Shown here: positions 1 through 12,095 of the stretch, piece after piece
How the letters are laid out: the number at the start of each line of letters is the position of its first letter
Position numbering within the stretch: position 1 is the first letter of the stretch
Source: the human T2T-CHM13v2.0 reference genome, Homo sapiens
DNA length: 64,000 nucleotides
Direction: 5' to 3' (one strand)
Assembly (NCBI RefSeq): GCF_009914755.1
Contig: NC_060925.1
Notes under the pieces: generated by a model
Told to the model about the DNA's origin: nothing
Seen by the model: only the letters and a program-made list of their open reading frames with translations
Database searches by the model: none
Made by a program: the position numbers and the translations under genes

Positions 1-668
1 TATCATTCATGTGTTCACTGGAGTAGCACTTTTAATTTCCCTCAAGAGATTTTTTTTTTCCATTCATAACTTGGCTAACAGTTTGGTGCAAGAGACCTAG
101 CTTTCAACCTATCTTTGGCTTTGGACATACCTTCCTCACTAAACGTAATCATTCATCCCTAGTTTTTGATTTAAAGTGAGAGACAGGAAACTTCCTTTTA
201 CTTTAACTTTTAGAGGGCATTGTAGGGTTATTAGTTAGCTTAATTTCAATATTGTTGTGTCTCAGGGAATAGGGAGGTTGAAGAAGAGGAAGAGAGACAA
301 GGAATTGCTGGTTAGTGGAGCAGTCAGAAGGCACACAACATTTCGCGATTAAGTTTTGCTGTCTTATATGGGTGCAGTTCGTGGAGCCCCCAAACAATTA
401 CAATGGTAACATCAAAGATCATTGATCACAGATCACCATAACAGATTTAATAATAATGAAAGTGTTTGACATATTGTGAGAATTGCCAAAATGAGACACA
501 GAGACACAAAATGAGCACGTTCTGTTGGAAAAATGGCACCAATACACTTGCCCAATGCAGGGTTGCCACAGACCTTCAATTTGTTAAAACAAACGCAAAC
601 AAACAACAAAAACCCCATGGTGTCTGCAAAGCATAAAAATGTGAAGTCCAATAAAAGAGGTATTCCTG
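1..668 (-). mobile_element. Tigger1 DNA transposon, 5' portion (runs off the left edge of the window)
   Basis: The reverse complement begins CAGGAATACCTCTTTTATTG (Tigger1 TIR CAGGCATACCTCG...) with a TA target site at 669-670, and continues into the transposase start. It is colinear with the copy at 35396. Confidence 0.92.
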
Positions 669-3169
669 TATCCATAATGCTTACTGATTAAAAAAAAATC
701 CACAATGCCTGAGACTATCCTTTGAGGAAGCTTACGTTTAATAACCACAAACCATTAAAAGCCCTGGGTGAATCTTTGAGAACACAGAGCCAAATAAGAT
801 AAAGGACACATATTCAAGGAGTGCTGTGTCTAGTGGGAGAGACAGCTGTGTGGAGACTAGGAATGGTATATGACCCATTGCACAAGCTGTGTGTGAGCAA
901 CATGGGCCAGTGCTCCATGAACAGATGGCATGAAAGGGAGGGCCTGGGCAAAACTTTACTGGAAAGGTTACCTTTGAACATGTGCTGCAGGCTAAGCAAA
1001 ATTTGCCAGGTGGAGCAGGGAATCTCCAGTTTTGGGGCCAAAGCTTCATGGAGGAGTTCCTGAGCCTAGAGTAGGTTGTGTTCTTGAGATTTCTCCCTTA
1101 GCCCTCAACTTTGGGACTTTGTCTTCTTCCTTTCCACCTTGTTTGCCTCCCTCTGTGGATAGGGAGACACGATTTAATACATTTCCGTTGAGAATGTTGA
1201 AAGATCAGGAGGAATAATTGATCCACTTATAAAAGTCTCCACATGAGGACAGTGACTCTGTGGCACAGCATCTCCTTAGCAAGTCTACGGGAGGCATTGC
1301 TGATTAACTTGGTATGTTGTCTGCTGAGCCCTGACTCAGCCCCTAAATCTTTCTTACCACAGTGTTCCAGGAAGCTTCCACCAATCCAAGTCACCAGGTG
1401 AGGGAAAAGTTATTTGCTATGTCCATTCCAGTCAGTCTTCATTGATCTTGTTGGGCATACATGTCCTGCAGGGAGCAGAGTCCCCCTCCCGCTGGGGGAG
1501 AACAAGGACAGAGCCAGTGTCCCCATCTTCAGAAGGATGGGACAGGCCATTGCAGTGAGTGGTACAACACAGGTGGCATCCCCAGAAGTAGAAACTCCTA
1601 TCTCCAGCTTTGGTCGTGTCCTTTCTCTCTCAGTGTATGCTGCTCTTTCTCTCTAAATTTTTGACTTTGAGTCCTCTTCATTCTCCATGTGTGAGGCATC
1701 ATGAGCTACAGAGATGATGAGAGGTAAAACATGAAAAAACTAGGCATACTTTATAACTTAAGAGTCCCTTACTGTCTGAGTCTTAAGGGTTTCTTAATGT
1801 CTTGAGAGCAACAGGGCAAGCATTCAGGACATAGTTAAGAAAGTATACTATTTCAACAATGTGCATAGATTCTGTAGTAATTTTTAACACCATATAATAG
1901 CGATTATTTTGAATGCTATTTACTAGGTAATACATGATTATGTGCCAGCATGAACAGGCAGTTAAATCCCACAGGTAATTCACTGGAAAGATATAGCTTG
2001 GGTCTCCCAAATTTCAGGTGAGGAGAGGGCCACGCAAACCAGCCCTTATGCTACAGTGGGACAGGAGCTTTGCTAAAGCTCTCTGTAAAGGAGAATGAGG
2101 AGCAGGGACAACTGACCTGGGGCAATAGCTGGGTGACTAAGATTTGTATGACCTTCAGGAGAAAGGGACAGCAAATAAGCCAAAGAGGAAAGTGAGAATG
2201 GCCCATTCAGGACTGCAATTCATTCACATGGGTATAGCCACGGGAGCTGGAAAGTGGTTACGGATGAGCCTAGAGATGCTCATAAATGACGCTGAGTCTT
2301 GTTGAAAAGCTGGGTTGGGCTTGGCTGTGAGGACAGCAATGAGCTGCAGAAGTAGGGGAGCAAGGAAAGGTGTGATGGTATCACTGAGGCAGCAGCCAAG
2401 GATGGATTGGAGGCCAGCGGCACGGAGTCCTTTTAGTGACCCAGATGCTAAACAAAGGTAGAGGCAACAGGGGAGGAGGAGGAAGAATTTAAAACACAGG
2501 AAGACAGAAGACAGGGCAGGATCTGCTAACAGACTCTTTTGGGGCTATGTGGGAGGGAGAACTCACCCATGTCTTCCAGATTTCCAGCTTAGGTTGGGAT
2601 TTGAACAGGGAGGAAGTATTCAGATTGAGGTGATGGCTAATAATTGGGGTTAGGAGGATCCTTAGAAGATTGAAGCCCAACTTCCTGCTTTTAGTCACCA
2701 TCCATGCCAAATTTAAAGCATCCAGGATAAACGCGGATTTATTCCATTTAAAAAGTGTAGCAGAAGAGATCATCCCTTTTGTCTTCCTTGGGAAACCATC
2801 CCAGTTCAGAACAATTCACCCAATAAAGAATTGCTCTATCCTTGAGTCCACTTTACTCGGCTAGAATTTTTTGAGATTATTATGTATAAGTTACTTCAGG
2901 GTTCCAGTCTTTTTTCCTGTTCCTGTTTTCTTTGCTTCTTGCAGACATAGAGTGTAGACTTGGCTTAGGGATGGTCGTGACAGGAAACTCCAAGGACACA
3001 CTTTACAAAAGATCTAACTTAGCTGCTAAACTTTCCAGCAGCACTAGAATGATTAATGAAGGGCTAAGTAACCCATTTCAGTGCATTATTTTCTGGCAGA
3101 CACTAGTTCATCATCTGCAGCATATCCAACAAAACATCAATGCACACACACTCAAAGAGAAGGGCAAGG

Positions 3170-3345
3170 TGTGGAAAGAAAAAGAAAGAAAAGATGATAA
3201 GCAGAGGAGGAGGGGAAGAAGAGAAGGAGAAGAAGAAAGAAATGGAAAGAAACAGAGTAAAAACATATCACATAAGGTTAAGTGGAAGGATGGAAGGACT
3301 GACCTGAGAAAGAGCAGAAGGGAAGCCTGCAGAAAGTGAAGGCGA
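3170..3345. repeat. GA-rich low-complexity tract
   Basis: Purine-rich degenerate AAAG/GGAG runs, which account for the K/E/R-rich end of ORF 2932-3339. Confidence 0.7.
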
Positions 3346-4044
3346 GAGAATCCTTCTGCTGCAGGAGGTAGGGGGAGGGCAGGGTGGTACTTGTGACCCA
3401 GGATGGCAGAGTGAGGTCAAGGATAGAGTAAGGACAGACTCCAGGAGACATTTGGCTCATGATTACAGCTCTAGCAATAATGTTATTCCACAGATTACTA
3501 GGGGTGACTCTTTATACACTTTTTATATAAAGGAATTTAAAGATACAATGGCTAAGCAAAAATAAAACCCTAGAATGTGTCTCTGTTGCCGTTGCCAGCT
3601 CAGGGCATGCTGTGGCTGTTTGCTGGAGGTCCAGGATCCAGTCATCCTTCCGTGGCCCCTCTGTGTGTTCCCTCTTGGCACCTTGGCCTATCTCCCTGCC
3701 ATGGAGCTACATATAGGTTATCCTTGCACACCATGTTTTTCACAACATACTTTGTCCTGGGTTCTGAGGAGCCTTTGAGTTTAGGCTTTGCTTGCATCTC
3801 ATGGTGGCCCTTTCCTCCTCTGGTGTCAGCCTCCTGACCTGCCACTTCTGCACTGTGGCTCTCAGAAAGCTTATGTGGCCCCCTTTACTATTCACCTTAG
3901 AGGGTCTTCTCTGTTTGGAAGGTGTTCTCCTTTGGCCTCCTCTCTCATTCCTTCTTGACCTAGTCTTTCTGTCTCCAAAGAGAACATTGGAAGAGCAGTG
4001 GAGCAAAGTCAGAAGAATGTGGCCAGTTCATCAGCATCACACTT

Positions 4045-4830
<786 letters not shown>

Positions 4831-5269
4831 GTATCTTAGATTGTGTGGGCTCTGTGAAGAAGAGATCTGCTTCTAAGTTCTCCCACATTCTGCTCTTTCT
4901 CTATAATCAACACAGCTTCCCCCACCCACCAACTATTACCATGCTGTGCACATGCAGTCTCATTCCTCTTGTGTGTGTTCCCGGACAGCTCTGGGATGGG
5001 GGCTTCTTCCATGGGATCCCTGTAGCCATGTGCTTGATCCCAGTGAACCCTTCTTTTATTCAGGAGCGTTGTAAATGTCTCCCCTGTAATCAGGCCCAGG
5101 GCACTAGCTCCTTGATACTGGGCTAGGGTGACCATAGTCCTAACGAGAAGAGAGATGCTGCCTCCCCCGCTCACCTGGACCGAAGCCCAGAAATGGGTCG
5201 AATGTTCCTTTCTGGAATGAGCACATGAACTAAAGAGCAATATAGAAAATATACTGTTCTTTGGGTAGT

Positions 5270-5392
5270 AATTTATTAATTCAACAAAAATTTGTTGAGC
5301 ACTTACTCTGCCAGGCACTATGCTGGGAACTAAGTGTATGGTGATGAGGGAAGCAGACATTACCTCTCCCTCATGGAGTTTCCTTTCCATAG
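5270..5392 (-). mobile_element. L2 3' end fragment
   Basis: ATTCAACAAAAATTTGTTGAGCACTTACTCTGCCAGGCACTATGCT is the reverse complement of the L2 tail. Confidence 0.8.
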
Positions 5393-5774
5393 GCACAAAG
5401 CTGATCATTCAGTGGAGTCCATTCTCACCATGAGAAGAACATTCTACTGTCAGCAGGCAGAGTGAGGATGGAGACATCACTGATTCACTTGGCTAGTTCC
5501 ATGTGGGCATTCCATGTCCATGGATGAATGGATAAGTAACTGATCCACAAGAGGAGGGTAAGTTTGAAAAAGGCTTCTCATTGCATAGAGACCCAATGTA
5601 TCTGTAGATAGATGTGGCTGTACCCAACATATATTATTACATTTTATAAGTATAACTAATGAGTCCTTGTGCAATATGAAAGTTTATCCTAACTTCTCTT
5701 AAGTGTATGAATTTAGAATTTTATATGTTAGGATTTTGGCAGTGTGCCCAGCTGAAGCTGCATTATTTAAAAAA

Positions 5775-6322
5775 AAAATTAATAGGCCTAATTTTTAGAA
5801 TAGTTTTAGACTTACAGAACTATTGAACAGATAGTATAGAGAGTTCTCATGTCCTCCCCCACCAACCCTCACACCATTTCCCCTGTTTTTAACATTTTGC
5901 CTCAGTATGGTACATTTGTTACAACTAATGAATCAATATCGATACATTATTCTTAACTAAGGTCCATCATTTATTTCAATTTCCACTGGATCAATTATTT
6001 AGACCTTTGCCATGGCCTTGGCATGCACATGTGGGTCTAGCTAATGTTCTGTTACTGTCCAGGATCCCATCTAGGATACTCTATTACATTTATTTATCCT
6101 TAGGTTCCTCTCCACTGTGATAGGTTTGCAGACTTTCCTAGTTTTGAGAAATGATTCTCAAGTCTATTGTAGTATGTTCCTCTATTAGAATTTTTTTTAA
6201 TTAGACTGAGGTTATGGGGTTTGGGAGGAAGACTGCAGGGGTGAACTACCATTTTCATCACATCATATTAAAGGTACCTGCTATCAGCATGATTTATGAC
6301 TGTTGATGCTGACCTCAGCCAT
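5775..6322 (-). mobile_element. Old L1M (L1MC/L1MD-type) 3' UTR fragment
   Basis: TAGTTTTAGACTTACAGAA...GGTACATTTGTTACAACTAATGAA...CAGGATCCCATC...CATTTTCATCACATCATAT, typical of L1MC/MD 3' ends. Confidence 0.8.
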
Positions 6323-6634
6323 ACTCTTTTAATAAATAAACTAGCATATCCAGATATATTTTTACATGTGAGTCTGACTTTGAAGCCTTACAGATTGATT
6401 TTCCTGGCTCTAGATTTTTTCATTATATTTAACATGTCTAAATGCTTCTACCTAGAAATGCCTGCCACAGGCAGTACCAATGCTGGTGAGAATGTGGAAT
6501 AAAAGAAACTCTTATACAATGCTAGGGAGAGTCTCAAATTCTGCCACTATTTTGGAAAACCATTTGACGTTATCTAGCAAAATTGAAGATGTTCTGTCTC
6601 AATAACAAAAAGAACCGCTTCTATAGTATGCACC

Positions 6635-7042
6635 TGATGTAGTTTGGATATTTGTCCCTTCCAAATCTCACACTGAAATTTGATCACTAGTGTTGGAGGT
6701 GGGGCCTGATGGGAGGTATTTGGGTCATAAGAGTAGATTTGTTATGAATGGTTGTCCTCTTGGTTGAGAGTGAAATCTTACTCTGTTATTTCCCTCAAGA
6801 TCCAATTGTTGAAAGGAGACTGGCACCTGCTTCTGCCTTTTTCTTCGTCCTTCCTCTTGCCATGTGGTTCCTGCTCCCCTTTACTTTCCACCGTGAGTGG
6901 AAACGATCTAAGACTCTCACCAGAAGCAGATGCTGTTGCCATGCTTCTTGTACTGCTGGCATAACTGTGAGCCAAACAAATCTCATTTCTTTACAAGTTA
7001 CTCAGCCTCAGATATTCCTTTATAGCAACACAGACTAAGACA
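6635..7042 (+). mobile_element. MSTB-type MaLR solo LTR
   Basis: TG...CA termini (TGATGTAGTTTGGATATTTGTCCC...CAGACTAAGACA). 5-bp TSD GCACC/GCACT. Confidence 0.9.
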
Positions 7043-7163
7043 GCACTCTAGAGAAATACTGGTATATATGCACCAGGACATGTGTACAAGGATTTTCATA
7101 GAAGTGTCGTTGGTATAGTAAGTGCCAAAAAAGTAGAATTAGTCCTCATATCCACCAGAAGTG

Positions 7164-7203
7164 TTAGGTTGATGCAAAAGTAACTGCAGTTTTTGCAATT
7201 AAA
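7164..7203. mobile_element. Half MADE1 (solo Hsmar1-type TIR)
   Basis: TTAGGTTGATGCAAAAGTAACTGCAGTTTTTGC versus the MADE1 TIR TTAGGTTGGTGCAAAAGTAATTGCGGTTTTTGC. Confidence 0.85.
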
Positions 7204-7490
7204 TTTGCAATTAAATAGAATGCATAAACATATTGTGGTGTATTTACATGATACCAAGTTACAGAGCAGCAAAAGTGATTCAACTACAGCTCCTTTCAAC
7301 ATGGTTGAATCTTACAGATACTGTGTTGGGCAAAGAAATTTTAGAAAGCAAGTTAGAAGACATCTCATTTATAGAAAAGTATATAAATAAATGAATTTCT
7401 CATTTATAGAAAAGTAGAAAAAATAGGCAAACCCACACAATATATTTTGTAGTGATACATGTGTGTGTGGTAAAACTATAAAGAAAAGCA

Positions 7491-7780
7491 GGCTGGGAGT
7501 GGTGGCTCACGCCTGTAATCCCAGCACTTTGGGAGGCGAAGGCAGGCGGATCACGAGGTCAAGAGATCGAGACCATCCTGGCCAACATGGTGAAACCCCA
7601 TCTCTACTAAAAGTACAAAAATTAGCTGGGCTTGGTGACGCACACCTGTAGTCCCAGATACTTAGGAGGCTGAGGTGGGAGAATCGCTTGAACCTGGGAG
7701 GCAGAGGTTGCAGTCAGCCTAGATCGTGCCACTGCACTCCAGCCTGGCAACAGAGCAAGAGTCTGTCTCAAAAAAAGAAA
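7491..7780 (+). mobile_element. AluSc
   Basis: Diagnostic GGATCACGAGGTCAAGAGATCGAGACCATCCTGGCCAAC. TSD AAAGAAAAGCA. Confidence 0.95.
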
Positions 7781-8675
7781 AAAGAAAAGCAAAGAAATGG
7801 TTAATATAAAACATGGATAATGGAGTAAGAAGTAGGATTGGGATGAGGAGGGACACACAGGTATTAGTAATATTGTATGACTTAATCTATATGGTGGGCT
7901 CATGGGAAATCATTTTATTATAATTCTTGGAACTGTACATATATGCTTTATATACTTTATTGTATTCAATATATATTTCCTAACTTTTAAAAATACAAAG
8001 CCACATAAGAATTGTAAGTTAAAGTTAACTAGAAATAAAATACTGTTAGAGCAAATCAATGTAATCCTGTTTATGGGAGGGAAACTCTCATGAACTGTGA
8101 GATCCCCTTAGCCTGCATCTGTCTTGCTTGCTCCAGCTCCTACCACAAAGGGAGGCTGAATACATGCTTCTGGTGGCTCCATTTCCCCCAGTGGGAGTCC
8201 CCCAAAGTCCCTGGGCTCAGGAGATAGAATGTGCCTCCTGAGTTTATGATTATCCCTCTTTACTTAATTTTTATGTCTGTGGTGCAGTGAATCCAAAACT
8301 GACTGGGGCATGACCTCTGGGGTGCAGAAGGCAGGGACCCCTCAAGCAATGGATCACCAGGGCCAAGAGAGTCTTAGGTGGTGGAGGAAGGCCCTCGGTG
8401 GAGAGAGAAATCACTCCAGATGGACTAACCAAGGAAGGCTCTTGGACCAGCAAGGATTTTAGCTGGATTGTAAATTATTGGTTGTTTTAGATGAACAGAG
8501 GATTGAAGGGTCAAAATCCTTTTGATATTGTTTACTTCTTTGTTTTCTCTTTTGGGTCATGTCCCTTGCTAAGGTCAGTCATTATCAGAAGGAGTATAAA
8601 GAAGGGCCAAAGAAAAATGTTCCCTGTTCTCTTCTACCTTTTAATTCATCAAAGTAGGGCAAGAAGGAGGCAGGC

Positions 8676-8739
8676 ATTTTTCTTTTCTTTTCTTCTTCTT
8701 CTTCTTCTTCTTTTTCTTTTCCTTTTTTTTTTTTTTTTT
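8676..8739. repeat. (CTT)n / T-rich microsatellite
   Basis: TTTTCTTTTCTTTTCTTCTTCTT... followed by poly-T. Confidence 0.9.
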
Positions 8740-8814
8740 GGTAGTCAGGGCATGTTAAGGAAGGAACAATGCCTCTAACAACATCCCCTGTCCATCTTCT
8801 TTGTTGGTTTCAGC

Positions 8815-8905
8815 AGCTTCAGTAGAAGTGTGACCCTGGGCCAGTTACTCCCTAAACCTCAGTTTTCTCACCTATTAGAAAGAGGATAGCAATACTATTT
8901 CTGGG
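8815..8905 (+). mobile_element. MIR fragment
   Basis: GTGTGACCCTGGGCCAGTTACT...CCTCAGTTTTCTCACCTAT core. Confidence 0.7.
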
Positions 8906-10654
8906 GCTCATCATCAGCACCACCCAAGCCTGGTGGCTCTTTTTATTGTTATCCAAGAAAATACTAAAATAGGCCCCAAACCATTACCAGTTTCACAGAA
9001 GCAAGCACCACACCCAGGTTTGCTTCTACTTAAGCTTCTAGGGTATTCAGGCCAGAAGAGAGAGGGCAGTGGGGAGAGGGGCATCAGGGGATAAGGGGCT
9101 GAGGGGTGCACAGCAGGCACATGAGAGCCTGAATGTCATGGTTACTTTTCCATTGAAATAATCATAATTGTGTGCTGAAGTCATCATTTAAATAAACAGC
9201 TCTCATTTACTGAAGTTCTATTTTAGGACCTATGGCACCAAAGCCCTAGTGTTGTTCAGTTTACGGTCTTGGCAAGAAGCAATGGGAGGCACAAGCATAG
9301 ATATTATGAAGTGAGATACATGGGTAACATTGCGGTGTCAGACCCAGGGGGAAGAAACACTGCATCTATTTTTGTTTCTTACGAAATTGACTCAGAATTC
9401 TGAGATCCTCTTTCCTCAGGCAGGTAAGCACATTTTTCTCCTAACAGGCTTTCTTTTCCCTGTTGGTAGGGAGTAGTCCATTCACTTTGGAGAGGTCCTC
9501 TTTTTTTAAAGAAAAGTACTAAAGGACATTAATTGAGATCATTTCAATATGTTAATACATCGATTCGCTTCCCCAGTGCATCTCGAGACTGCAGATTGAA
9601 GCTTGCCTCGCCACTCTGTATGCACCGGCTCTCCACACCCAAGGCTTATCATAAGCAATTATCTTACCCAAATAAAAAATGAAAATGGAAAAGTTAAATA
9701 AATAACAGGACATCTTGATGGAATCGCAGTAATGCTCATCTTGGTTAACATTAGCCCTGACTTTTGGACAGCTCGATTTGTTAATACGCTTGTCCTTTGT
9801 TTAGGCATCTATCTCTGTAAATCTCATGACTTTCCAAAATGATGGATGGTAACCATCTCTGCTCTCCCCTAAAAATACATTCTCTGGGAAACCGGAAAAA
9901 GCAAAATGGGCACTGTAACCCTGACCTGAGTGTTGCTTAGATTGGAGAAAAACCTCAAAACTGAATTCACCTCAAAACCTAAGAATTATTATGGCTTTCC
10001 CCACGACAGTTTCAGCGTTCTACTGTTCCCGGGTTTCCTGCTAGGTTAGAGAGCTCTGCCTAAGTGCACCAGTCAGGCCTCAATGAATTTGAACTGAAAA
10101 CTGAAACTTGGGGTAGCAGTCAGGTTGGGCCAGGTTGGGCTCTGGCAGCAAACAACCCTAAACCTCAGGGGCTGAACTCTGCAGAATTTTTTATTTCTTC
10201 TTCATGCAAAGCCATAGGTGCTGCTGAATAGCCACAGCAATTCCCCTCCAGGTCCCCAGCCCGACATCCAGACTGCTTTGACTTTTTAGCATCTCCATCC
10301 CAATATGCACTTGTACCATGGCCACAGGAGAGACAGAGAAGCCTGGAGATTCAGGTACTGTTGATTTAAAAGCTCTGGCAAGGACATAGGCTGTTTCCAT
10401 TTACATTTCATTGCCCAGGACTGGTCACATGTTCAGCCCAGACAAAAGGGGGAAGGAAAGTGCACCAGGAAGTAAAGGAGCCCTCCACGGTGGTACCTGG
10501 GTAATGTCTAAGTGCTCGGGAACTTTTGACTACTGGTGAGTTGTTTCTCCCTACTCTCCATGAATGTTGGTATCTTGACCCAGGTGTCAGCCATCTGGGA
10601 CTTCCTGTGTTCTACACTTCTTAAGTACAGTACATGTATGTATATATATGTATT

Positions 10655-11760
10655 TGTTAGAATAGTTTTAGGTTCACAGCAAAACTAAGCAGAACGTATA
10701 GGGAGTTCCCGTATATATTGCCCCGACACAGGCACTACCTCCCCCACTATCAACATCCAGCACCTAAGTGGTACGTTTCTTACACTTGGTGAACATACAT
10801 TGACACATCACTGTCACCCAAAGTCCATCGTTTACGCCGGGGTTCTTTCTTGGTGTTGCACATTTTGTGGATTTGGACAAATGTATGACATGTATTCACC
10901 ATTGTAGCATCATACAGACTATTTTCATTGCTCAAAAATTCCTCTGTGCTCTGCCTATTCATCCCTTTCTCCCACTAACTTCTGGCAACCACTAATCTTT
11001 TTATTGTCTCCATAGTTACGCTTTGTCCAGAATGTCATATAGTTTGGAATTATATAGCATGTAGCCCTTTCAGATTGGCTTCTTTCACTTAGTAATATGC
11101 ATTTAAGTTTCCTCCATCTCTGCAACTTGATAGCCCATTTCTTTTTAGCATGGAATAATATCTCACTATCTGGGTGTACCACAGGTTATTTATCCATTCA
11201 CCTACTGAAGGACATCACATTCATTTCCAAGTTTTGTCAATTATGAATAAACCACCATAAACATCTGTGTGCAGGTTTCTGTGTGGACACAAGTTTTCAA
11301 CTCCTTTGGGTAAATACCAAGTGATGTAATTGCTGGATGATGTAGTAAGAGTATGTTTAGTTTTCTAAGAAAACAAACAAACAAAAACCACTGACAGACT
11401 GTCTCCAAAGTGTTTGTATCATTTTGCATTTCCACCAGCAATGAAACAGAGTTCCTGTTGCTTCACATCCTTGCCAGCATTTGGTCTCGTCAGTGTTTTG
11501 GATTTTGGCCATTGTAATAGGTGTACAGTGGCATCTCATTGTTTTAATTACATTTCCCTAATAACATGATTTTGAGCATCTTCCATATCTTATTTTCCAT
11601 CCGTATATCTTCTTTGGTGAGGTATCTGTTCATTTTTTAATACAGTTATTTTCTTAATATTGAGTTTGAAGAGTTGTTTGTATATTTGGGTAACCTTTAT
11701 TAAGTATCTCTTTTGCAAATATTTTCTCCCAGGCCGTGGCTTGTTTTTAATATATATTTT
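10655..11760 (-). mobile_element. L1MC1-like 3' fragment
   Basis: TAGTTTTAGGTTCACAGCAAAACTAAGCAGA...CCCAAAGTCCAT. Minus-strand ORFs give L1 ORF2 C-terminal residues (GIYPKELKT, TKCWQGC). Confidence 0.9.
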
Positions 11761-12095
11761 TAAACTGACATAAAGTCTCAATCTCCATATGGCACCAATA
11801 TTACCATCAATGCCTCTGAAGATTTTTGGAAGTGGAGGTGCTTTTATTTTTCTTAGTCACTTCTAGCTAGAATTTCCTGTGTCCAGTGAATCTTTGATCA
11901 CTACTCGGAGGAAAGCAGTTGCAAACGTGAAATGTAGCCTGCTTTTTCTTGTAATTCCTTTCATCTCTCACCTCTCTTTCTCTCCCTTCTACCTTCAAGC
12001 ACTACTGATCCACTGAGGTTTGGGCCACGGGAGAGAGGTTGCAGTATGGTACCCCATAATGGTTTAAAGTGTAATAGCAGATATTACCATTCTTT

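Larger units (their letters stand above)
6470..7990 (+). mobile_element. Old L1ME-type fragment (ORF2 end and 3' UTR) hosting an MST LTR, a half MADE1 and an AluSc
   Basis: TGCTGGTGAGAATGTGGA...CACTATTTTGGAAAAC...CACCAGGACATGTGTACAAG. The L1 sequence resumes after each insertion. Confidence 0.75.

Noticed and set aside
4836-5408. 190-aa minus-strand ORF
   Set aside because: Begins in an L2 tail and shows no protein-family similarity or exon structure.
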